23,847 nt of DNA from a bacterium (lineage in GTDB: Bacteria; Fidelibacterota; Marinisomatia; Marinisomatales; UBA1611): assembly GCA_038127595.1 (NCBI GenBank), contig JAYPIC010000014.1, positions 1 through 23,847 of the forward strand, written 5' to 3'. This document shows, in pieces, positions 16,687-23,847 of the stretch. The stretch's first letter is position 1, and the number at the start of each line of letters is the position of its first letter. The notes under the pieces are model-generated. The model did no database searches. It had not been told where the DNA came from and saw only the letters and a program-made list of their open reading frames with translations. A program made the position numbers and the translations under genes.

Positions 16687-17394
16687 TTACTTTTTCTTTG
16701 GTCTAGTAAAAGTAAAATCTTTAGTCACCGAACCGGAGCCAACAGTAACTTTATCAACGATGACTTTCTTTTTAAATTTTTCCTGCCAACAAACAACTTC
16801 ATATGTACCTGCTGGCACATTTTTGATTTCATAATCACCGTTAGAATCTGTTACAGCATAATATGGATGATCTGAAACAAGAACCCAGGTTTTCATCCAA
16901 GGATGGACATCACACTTAATATAAAAAGGGTCCTCAGATGAGTCAAATTTTGCCTTCTTCTCTTTAACTACTTTCGGCATAGCAAAGTTAAACTCTTTAT
17001 TCTTTTTGGGGATAGAATGAATGTTGTGAAGAGTAGCATCGCTATTTTTAATCAACAGATCTTGCCCAGCCTGAATACCAAAAACATGTGGTGTGTAGAT
17101 ACATCCCTTCTGATCAAGAACTACAGCTTCTTTAGGTACGCCTCCATTATACTTAACGTCGCGGAGGTATACAATGCACTCAGCAAGCTCACCTTTAGAG
17201 TTTACTTTGAAACTTTCTGAAAAAACTTTCTCAGAATGAGATGCGCCACAAACTGGATCAGCATCCATGCGTAGCGGTCTATTTTTTGGAGCTTTCCCAT
17301 TATATTTAACTTTACCTTTAATATCACCAGCACTTAGATCGCTAGCAAAACAAAAAAGTATGAGAAATGTTAGGATACTTTTAAATATATTCAT
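16687..17394 (-). CDS. Secreted protein with carboxypeptidase-regulatory-like and cupredoxin-like domains
   Basis: Signal peptide (LSA-G); DQKGCIYTPHV, NSDATLHNIH, CDVHPWM (type-1 Cu-like ligands), HPYYAVTD...VPAGTY. Confidence 0.82.
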   Translation of the reverse strand: MNIFKSILTFLILFCFASDLSAGDIKGKVKYNGKAPKNRPLRMDADPVCGASHSEKVFSESFKVNSKGELAECIVYLRDVKYNGGVPKEAVVLDQKGCIYTPHVFGIQAGQDLLIKNSDATLHNIHSIPKKNKEFNFAMPKVVKEKKAKFDSSEDPFYIKCDVHPWMKTWVLVSDHPYYAVTDSNGDYEIKNVPAGTYEVVCWQEKFKKKVIVDKVTVGSGSVTKDFTFTRPKKK

Positions 17395-17516
17395 ATCAAG
17401 AATTCCTTATATATAATTATTTATAACTTAAATTTATTACAATAATGTCAATGACATCAATATTATTAAGATTGAATTGTGAGGTTCACTTGTTATCGAT
17501 TAGGGAGCGCACATAA

Positions 17517-18014
17517 ATGTATATATTTATGCTCTCTTGCTATCTACTAATGATAATTAATTTTATCAATTTCACTATTAGCGGTGCTATGGTCTTTTTT
17601 GATATCCAATTTTTCGGTGCTAACCATGCTCAATTTTCTTTACTTGCTATTTTAGTTTTTGTGCTCACTGAGACCATCGTTATGTATTTCTTCATTGCTA
17701 CTGGTAAGAGTATCAAAAATATTTTAATTGAAAATAATAGTAGTGAGTCTGAAAGACTGTGGGATAAAATTAAGTCGATAAAAGGGATAATATTTCCTCA
17801 AATAATGTTGACGATTACAATTGTCGGGACATTGTATGTATTTTATTTTGGCTATGTCACTTCAAACTCAAATGCTGAAAATATAAAATATGCTTGGATT
17901 TCAACTCCTTTATTTTTCATTGGTTACTTACATCATATATGGACATTGAAAGTAAAAAATGATTCTTTCAAGATGCAGATAGATATTGTAGGTGAACTTC
18001 CAAATAGTGAGTAA
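17517..18014 (+). CDS. Hypothetical 4-TM membrane protein
   Basis: Four hydrophobic segments; ETIVMYFFIATGKSIK; His residues in TM regions. Confidence 0.75.
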   Translation: MYIFMLSCYLLMIINFINFTISGAMVFFDIQFFGANHAQFSLLAILVFVLTETIVMYFFIATGKSIKNILIENNSSESERLWDKIKSIKGIIFPQIMLTITIVGTLYVFYFGYVTSNSNAENIKYAWISTPLFFIGYLHHIWTLKVKNDSFKMQIDIVGELPNSE

Positions 18015-18019
18015 ATCAA

Positions 18020-18178
18020 ATGTATTACATGGCAAAATCGCTTCAACTACTTGGAATTTTTTCTATACCGATAGGGGTCATTGTGAAATACCCAAAGCTT
18101 ATGGATCCTAAATTATTTTTAGCTTCTTTGATTATTTTTGGATCTGGAATGGCTATTGAGAAATACTTACTTAAATAA
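18020..18178 (+). CDS. 52-aa two-TM microprotein (not in ORF track)
   Basis: MYYMAKSLQLLGIFSIPIGVIVKYPKLMDPKLFLASLIIFGSGMAIEKYLLK*; 5 nt after the previous stop, same strand as the operon. Confidence 0.7.
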   Translation: MYYMAKSLQLLGIFSIPIGVIVKYPKLMDPKLFLASLIIFGSGMAIEKYLLK

Positions 18179-18243
18179 GTAATTATTTTATGTGATTTAT
18201 TCGTATTAAAATCATTAATTTTGACATCTAAATACTTATAATT

Positions 18244-18567
18244 ATGGCAGGATATAATCACTTAAAAGGAATCCCGGAATTACCCGATTCCCCCAATATC
18301 AAAAAGAAAAGGCCAAAGTCTGTTGCAGTTGTTGATGAAGATAATTGTACCGGATGCCAAGCTTGTGTTCCTTTTTGCCCTGTAGATTGTATCGAAACAG
18401 TTCCGAAAGACAAATACGACATCCCTATACCTCCTGTTCAAATACGATTTGACGAGTGTATTGGTTGTGTAGTCTGCGCTAGGGTTTGTACAAAAATGAC
18501 CTGGGATGCAATAAGAATGATTGATACAGATACTTTTGAAGAATTGTACGGAATGAAAATAAATTAA
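18244..18567 (+). CDS. 2x[4Fe-4S] ferredoxin
   Basis: CTGCQACVPFCP and CIGCVVCARVC. Confidence 0.93.
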   Translation: MAGYNHLKGIPELPDSPNIKKKRPKSVAVVDEDNCTGCQACVPFCPVDCIETVPKDKYDIPIPPVQIRFDECIGCVVCARVCTKMTWDAIRMIDTDTFEELYGMKIN

Positions 18568-18589
18568 AACAACTTTTTCGGAGTAAAAA

Positions 18590-20311
18590 TTGAGTTCAAG
18601 TTCAAATAACCATGATCACCATGAAGAAAATTTCATTCAGAAATATATATTTTCTGTTGATCACAAGGTTATAGGTATACAATACGGAATAACTTCATTA
18701 TTGTTTTTATTATTTGGTTTTTCGCTAATGGCTATAATGCGTTGGCAGTTAGCCTACCCTGGAACTGAAATTCCAATCGTAGGGTTTATTTTTGGTGAAA
18801 GTGGTGTATTAGCCTCTGAGCAATATAACTCGTTAGGAGCAATGCATGGTACCATAATGATATTTTTAGGCATAGTTCCGTTAGCAGTAGGTGCCTTTGG
18901 AAATTATCTTGTTCCTCTTCAAATAGGAGCTATCGATATGGCATTTCCTAAACTTAATGCAGCTAGTTATTGGACCTATTTTGTTGGCGGCGTTATTATG
19001 ATTTCTAGTTTCTTTATGCCTGAAGGTGCTGCTAGATCTGGTTGGACTTCATATCCACCGCTCTCAGTTTTTGAAAATGGTCAAACAATATGGCTCATTT
19101 CAATGATATTTTTAATCACCTCCTCGCTGTTGGGCTCGATGAATATTATTGTAACTATTGTCCAATTAAGAGCACCTGGTCTAACATGGATGAGACTTCC
19201 AATTTTTACTTGGGCTCAGTTTGTGACTTCTTTTCTGTTGGTTTTGGCTTTTCCTCCTTTAGAAGCAGCAGCGGTAATGCAACTTATGGACCGTGTTGCT
19301 GGTACGAGTTTCTTTCTGCCTAGCGGACTTGTTATGTCTGGTGAAATTGTTGATGTTGCAGGTTCCGGGTCTCCTTTGCTTTGGCAACATCTTTTTTGGT
19401 TTTTAGCTCACCCAGAAGTTTATGTTCTCATTTTGCCTGCATTAGGTATAGTTGGTGAGATTCTAGCCAATAATACTAGAAAACCAATTTGGGGATTTAA
19501 ATCCATTATCTATTCTATGGTATTTTTGGGTTTTATCTCTTTTATTGTTTGGGCACATCACATGTTTTTAACCGGTATGGGTCAAGCGATGAGTGCATTT
19601 TTTCAAACAACAACAATGATTATTTCAATACCATCTGTTGTTATTCTTACTTCTTATTTCTTATCGTTATGGGGTGGATCAATTAGGTTTAATACTCCAA
19701 TGCTTTTTGCATTAGCCTTTTTGCCCATGTTTGGAATTGGTGGTCTAACTGGTTTGCCACTTGGTTTAGCGGCTTCAGACATTTATTTACATGATACATA
19801 TTATGTTATTGGTCACTTTCATTACGTTGTTGCGCCAGGCACTATTTTTGCACTTTTTGCTGGAATATACTATTGGTTCCCAAAAATGACTGGTAAAAAG
19901 ATGAGCGAAATGCTGGGTAAGTTGCATTTTTGGCCTTCGCTAATTTTTATGAATGGTATTTTTATGCCTATGTTTATTCAAGGTTTGGCAGGTGTCTCTA
20001 GGAGGCTTGCAGATGGTGGGCAATCATACGCGCATGCTAGTGGTGTTCTGGAATGGAATGAGTTTATGTCAATCTCAGCTTTCTGCCTAGGTCTGGCACA
20101 AATACCTTTTATAGTGAATATTTTTATGTCTCTATTTTCTGGCCAAAAAGCCTCGAGAAATCCATGGGATTCTACTACGATTGAGTGGGCCGCGCCCTCT
20201 CCGCCAGTTGGTCATGGTAACTTTGATGGTCCAATAAATGTTTACCATACAGCTTATGAGTATAGCGTTCCTGATGATAAGAAAGATTTTAAACCTCAAT
20301 TTGAAAATTAA
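18590..20311 (+). CDS. ctaD: Cytochrome c oxidase subunit I (A family)
   Basis: DHKVIG, MHGT, DMAFP, HPEVY, WAHHM, HDTY...HFH, SRR. Confidence 0.98.
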   Translation: MSSSSNNHDHHEENFIQKYIFSVDHKVIGIQYGITSLLFLLFGFSLMAIMRWQLAYPGTEIPIVGFIFGESGVLASEQYNSLGAMHGTIMIFLGIVPLAVGAFGNYLVPLQIGAIDMAFPKLNAASYWTYFVGGVIMISSFFMPEGAARSGWTSYPPLSVFENGQTIWLISMIFLITSSLLGSMNIIVTIVQLRAPGLTWMRLPIFTWAQFVTSFLLVLAFPPLEAAAVMQLMDRVAGTSFFLPSGLVMSGEIVDVAGSGSPLLWQHLFWFLAHPEVYVLILPALGIVGEILANNTRKPIWGFKSIIYSMVFLGFISFIVWAHHMFLTGMGQAMSAFFQTTTMIISIPSVVILTSYFLSLWGGSIRFNTPMLFALAFLPMFGIGGLTGLPLGLAASDIYLHDTYYVIGHFHYVVAPGTIFALFAGIYYWFPKMTGKKMSEMLGKLHFWPSLIFMNGIFMPMFIQGLAGVSRRLADGGQSYAHASGVLEWNEFMSISAFCLGLAQIPFIVNIFMSLFSGQKASRNPWDSTTIEWAAPSPPVGHGNFDGPINVYHTAYEYSVPDDKKDFKPQFEN

Positions 20312-20318
20312 ATAGATT

Positions 20319-20918
20319 ATGGAAATACCTTATAGTATAGAAGAAAGAGAAGACACTGGACTGATCAATTCAAAGCTTGGAATTTGGATATTTTTAGCTT
20401 CTGAGGTAATGCTCTTTGGTGGCTTATTTTCTGCATACATCTTTTTAAGAATTGCTGCGCCTCCAGGAGATTTTGAATATTGGGCATCAAAGCTTAGTGT
20501 TCCTATGGCCACTGTAAATACAATGGTTCTCATTTCTTCTAGTGTTTCTATGGTCATGGCTTGGGCCTCTCTTAAATTGAAAGATTTTTCAAAATATAAG
20601 ATGTATATGGGTATAACATTGCTATGTTCTGCTCTTTTTATGATAATTAAATATTTTGAATACACTAGTAAGTTCAGTCACGATATCTTTCCTTCTACAA
20701 GTAATTTTATGGCGATCTATTTTACCTTAACAGGTTTGCATGGACTCCATATTTTAGGTGGTGTCATTGTAATGCTATATTTCTACCTTCCTATTAGTCA
20801 TAAATTATGGGAAGAACAGCCGGAGCATTTTACTAATAGAATAGAAGCTCTAGGGCTTTATTGGCATTTCGTAGACCTCGTCTGGATATTTTTGTTTCCA
20901 GTTTTATATTTATTATAA
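20319..20918 (+). CDS. ctaE: Cytochrome c oxidase subunit III
   Basis: WIFLASEVMLFGGLF, TGLHGLH, LYWHFVDLVWIFLF. Confidence 0.96.
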   Translation: MEIPYSIEEREDTGLINSKLGIWIFLASEVMLFGGLFSAYIFLRIAAPPGDFEYWASKLSVPMATVNTMVLISSSVSMVMAWASLKLKDFSKYKMYMGITLLCSALFMIIKYFEYTSKFSHDIFPSTSNFMAIYFTLTGLHGLHILGGVIVMLYFYLPISHKLWEEQPEHFTNRIEALGLYWHFVDLVWIFLFPVLYLL

Positions 20919-20928
20919 AGGGTTATTT

Positions 20929-21258
20929 ATGAGTAACGATCATAGCAAAGAATCAATACAAGAGCACATTAGAGTTTATTTAATGGTCTTTGGCGCACTT
21001 GCAGTACTTACTGTAATTACTGTTTTAGCATCATTTATCGAAGTAAGTACTTCGGAAGGAATATTCTTAGCATTAATTATAGCCTCTGTAAAAGCATCAT
21101 TAGTTGCTGGATATTTTATGCATCTAATAACTGAGAAAGGTATGATTATTTCAATACTTCTGCTTACAGTATTCTTCTTTTTCATAATGATTTTTCTTCC
21201 ATTAATATCTTATACTGATAGCGCTGGTACTCATGTACCATGGGTAGATGGACAATAG
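20929..21258 (+). CDS. ctaF: Cytochrome c oxidase subunit IV
   Basis: YLMVFGALAVLTVITV, IASVKASLVAGYFMHL. Confidence 0.9.
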   Translation: MSNDHSKESIQEHIRVYLMVFGALAVLTVITVLASFIEVSTSEGIFLALIIASVKASLVAGYFMHLITEKGMIISILLLTVFFFFIMIFLPLISYTDSAGTHVPWVDGQ

Positions 21259-21270
21259 AGGATTTGTTTT

Positions 21271-21468
21271 ATGATTGGCATTAAGTCATTTCACCTTTTT
21301 TTTATAGCTCTGTCAATTTTACTATCTGCTTGGTATGGTTATTTTGAGTTTGCTACTCCTTCAAACCCAGGAAATCTTTCTACATCACTAAGTGTAATAT
21401 CATTCATTGTAATGTTTGGATTAGTTTATTATGGGTATAGTGTTTTTAAGAAATTTAGAAATATATAG
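21271..21468 (+). CDS. Small 2-TM membrane protein in the cox operon
   Basis: 65 aa, KSFHLFFI start, two hydrophobic helices, GAGG RBS. Confidence 0.75.
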   Translation: MIGIKSFHLFFIALSILLSAWYGYFEFATPSNPGNLSTSLSVISFIVMFGLVYYGYSVFKKFRNI

Positions 21469-21690
21469 ATGCATATTCGGTTCATAATTTTTTTATCAGT
21501 TTTCATTTTTAATGCTATTTGGGCTTGTGGCACTTGTTACGGTGACCCTAATTCATCTGCAGTTAATGGAATGAATTGGGCAATTATCTTTTTGTTAGTG
21601 ACGACCGGAGGTGTGCTTTCAGGCATTAGTCTCTCCGTTATGAGTATAGCTAAAAAAGCAAAAAAATATAATAAATCTAAGGAAGTTTAA
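21469..21690 (+). CDS. Small exported/membrane protein with CxxC
   Basis: Signal peptide, then ACGTCYG, TM helix and basic tail. Confidence 0.78.
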   Translation: MHIRFIIFLSVFIFNAIWACGTCYGDPNSSAVNGMNWAIIFLLVTTGGVLSGISLSVMSIAKKAKKYNKSKEV

Positions 21691-21693
21691 GTT

Positions 21694-22536
21694 TTGTTAG
21701 AATTTCTACATAGTTTGGGCTTGCCCCAAAATCTTTCTCTACAAGGAGAATATATTGATAATGCGAATGTATTAATGCACTGGTTGATGCTCTATTTATT
21801 CATTGGTTGGGGAGCATTCTTTATTGTTAGTCTTTACAAGTTTCGCGCTTCAAAGAATAAAAAGGCTGATTATTATGGTGTTAAATCTCATTTATCGTCC
21901 GTCCTTGAGGGTGCTGTAGCAATAGTAGAGATAATTGCTTTATTTGGTTTCTCTTATCCAATATGGGCATATAGAGTAAATGAAGTTCCTGACAGTAGGG
22001 ATGCTGTTAATATTAGAGTAATCGCTCAACAGTTTGCATGGAATATACATTACCCTGGCGCAGACGGTGTATTTGGAAGAACTGATATTAATTTAGTAGA
22101 CGAGTCTGAGCAAAATTTTATTGGTATAGATAGGTCAGATGAGTTTGCTAAGGACGACATAATACTACAGAATCAAATGCATATTCCTGTAAATAAAAAA
22201 ATAAGAGTAGACCTATCATCAAAGGATGTAATACATAATTTTAAGTTGCCTGAGCTAAGAGTGTCGCAGGATGCAATACCAGGAATGACAATTCCTGTAC
22301 ATTTTACGGCTACTACCACATCTAAAGATTTTTTAGAGAGTGTCAAAGGAACTCCACGTGAAGGTAAAGGTTTAGAGATCGCATGTGCACAGCTATGCGG
22401 AATTACTCATTATAGAATGAGGGGATATCTTACTGTAGACACAGAAGAGGAATATAACGAATGGCTTGCTAGCGAGGCTGAGTATTTAGATTTTGGTGAT
22501 GGCGATGATGATGATTGGGGAGATGACGACTGGTAA
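21694..22536 (+). CDS. ctaC: Cytochrome c oxidase subunit II (CuA), no fused cytochrome c
   Basis: Two TMs, AQQFAW, SKDVIHNF, DAIPG, CAQLCGITHYRM. Confidence 0.95.
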   Translation: MLEFLHSLGLPQNLSLQGEYIDNANVLMHWLMLYLFIGWGAFFIVSLYKFRASKNKKADYYGVKSHLSSVLEGAVAIVEIIALFGFSYPIWAYRVNEVPDSRDAVNIRVIAQQFAWNIHYPGADGVFGRTDINLVDESEQNFIGIDRSDEFAKDDIILQNQMHIPVNKKIRVDLSSKDVIHNFKLPELRVSQDAIPGMTIPVHFTATTTSKDFLESVKGTPREGKGLEIACAQLCGITHYRMRGYLTVDTEEEYNEWLASEAEYLDFGDGDDDDWGDDDW

Positions 22537-22559
22537 ATTTTTAAAACTTTAATTTCAAT

Positions 22560-22588
22560 AAAAAAGCCCGATAAAACGGGCTTTTTTT
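22560..22588. terminator. Bidirectional intrinsic terminator
   Basis: AAAAAA-GCCCG-ATAAAA-CGGGC-TTTTTTT between convergent genes. Confidence 0.88.
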
Positions 22589-22681
22589 ATGTTCTAAAAG
22601 TATAGTTAATAGTTCTATTAGCAGTCGCTAAAACCATACGTATAATCTTGTTGGCATAACGCAAAAAAAGTCAAAATATAA

Positions 22682-23847
22682 TTATTTTAGATTTTTAACT
22701 AAACCACCAAAACTTTGATCTATTTCAAATCCTTGTTTATAAAAAAAGCTTTCATGATAAAAACCAACTGTCACTATTTTATGACCTGCTTGAGACATTC
22801 TATTAAAAAAATCATCCATAAGTCTTTTACTTAAATTACGATTTTGATATTTTTTCATTATAACTACCCATTCAAGATGTATTCTTAAATTGTTTTTCAA
22901 TTTATAGTAGAGTCCTCCAATTACTTTATTTCTGCTATTTAAAATAAATAAGAATTCATGGTCTGAAGTAAAAGTTACCGTCAAATTTTCTTTTGATATG
23001 ATTGTTTGAAATTTTGCAATTTCTTTCGGTTGAAACGGTGGCCTTACAGTATATAATTCTCCTTTTGAATCTTCTGTTTTAAATACAAGGTCAAGGTTTC
23101 TATTTTCTCCTTTACTTGTCCTCACCAGTTCTGCATAGTCTGCTGCATCTATGTGGGGGTATAACATCCTAGTCAAGAAAAATTCATCTTCCTTGTTTAA
23201 ATCTGTATTATTAGTTATTTCTTTAATTCTTTCCTTTAAATTCCAAGGACTTAGTATTTTCGATCTCATGTCTTGTATTATAGATTGGAAATGAAGGTTT
23301 AATTTTTCCCCTGATTCTTTGAAACATGTCATCATAAAAAATCTTACCCTAGTTTCTGGATATTCATCCAGTAAAGAATTCAAATTATAATCATGATATA
23401 ATTCTTTAAGAATCGAAGCTTTTGCTTTATTTGTTGCATTTGGATTTAATTCAAGCCATCTCTCATATCTAAGTGCTGCAAAAACAACTGGTTTTGTTAA
23501 TACTCCATATTTTTGAAAATCTTCTAAAAAACTAGTTATTCTATTTTTATCTAAGCCTAATTCTAGAAATTTATTTTTATACTCTTTTTTAGAAATATCA
23601 TCTTTTAAAACATTTAAAATTGGAATTCCTTTTCTCACTTTCATTGCTTCTAAAGTCGCTGTGAAAATTAATTCCCAATCTGCCATATGTTTTAGACCTG
23701 TAAATCTTGACTCTGTATCTAATATATAATTCAAGTAAAGATCTAGATAAAATTCTCCAACGGATGAAACTTCTTTTCTATCAGATATGGAAATAATTTT
23801 ATTACCAGTATTATAATCGTGAGGTGGAATGATTAAATTATCGGGAA
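22682..23847 (-). CDS. C-terminal part of a large protein ending in a GNAT acetyltransferase domain (5' end outside window)
   Basis: Frame stays open from 23734 to the window edge (...PDNLIIPPHDYNTGNKIISISDRK...). C-terminal VIGGLYY...HLEWVVIMKKYQNRNLSKRLM...FFYKQGF is GNAT-like. Confidence 0.8.
   Translation of the reverse strand, partial: PDNLIIPPHDYNTGNKIISISDRKEVSSVGEFYLDLYLNYILDTESRFTGLKHMADWELIFTATLEAMKVRKGIPILNVLKDDISKKEYKNKFLELGLDKNRITSFLEDFQKYGVLTKPVVFAALRYERWLELNPNATNKAKASILKELYHDYNLNSLLDEYPETRVRFFMMTCFKESGEKLNLHFQSIIQDMRSKILSPWNLKERIKEITNNTDLNKEDEFFLTRMLYPHIDAADYAELVRTSKGENRNLDLVFKTEDSKGELYTVRPPFQPKEIAKFQTIISKENLTVTFTSDHEFLFILNSRNKVIGGLYYKLKNNLRIHLEWVVIMKKYQNRNLSKRLMDDFFNRMSQAGHKIVTVGFYHESFFYKQGFEIDQSFGGLVKNLK

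Noticed and set aside
18221..18242. Sigma70 promoter TTGACA...TATAAT before the ferredoxin
   Set aside because: Spacer is only 10 bp instead of about 17.
2567..21185. Short alternative-frame or antisense ORFs (2567, 3688, 3919, 5283, 6610, 7960, 8404, 8765, 10273, 12329, 13121, 14526, 15135, 17017, 18043, 19090, 20330, 20976)
   Set aside because: All shadow well-supported genes; 18043..18261 is opposite the better 18020..18178 ORF.

Overview
AT-rich bacterial DNA using genetic code 11. Gene content suggests a marine FCB-type organism such as Marinimicrobia/SAR406 (inference only). The window has two parts. (1) Bases 1-4292 are the right end of an island integrated at a tRNA-Leu(TAG). A 5'-truncated tRNA copy (att) lies beside a 292-aa tyrosine integrase. 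Upstream are unrelated, co-oriented genes, each segment closed by a near-identical 28-bp hairpin repeat (AGCCCCACATTHGTGGGGTTTTTTGTTT); the integrase-proximal copy keeps only its right 22 bp. This resembles an integron-like cassette array, but it lacks attC cores and IntI features. One segment holds a gene split by a 1040-bp insert flanked by A7 tracts, carrying an MDR oxidoreductase with mRNA-like flanks. (2) Bases ~4370-22540 are a respiratory supercluster: heme O/A synthesis and SCO genes, a repeat-bearing SRPBCC-like protein, several unannotated microproteins, a HEAT protein, a Rieske/split cytochrome b/octaheme cytochrome c complex, copper proteins, a ferredoxin, and an A-family cytochrome c oxidase that apparently lacks the K-channel Lys. 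The window ends in the 3' part of a large gene with a C-terminal GNAT domain.
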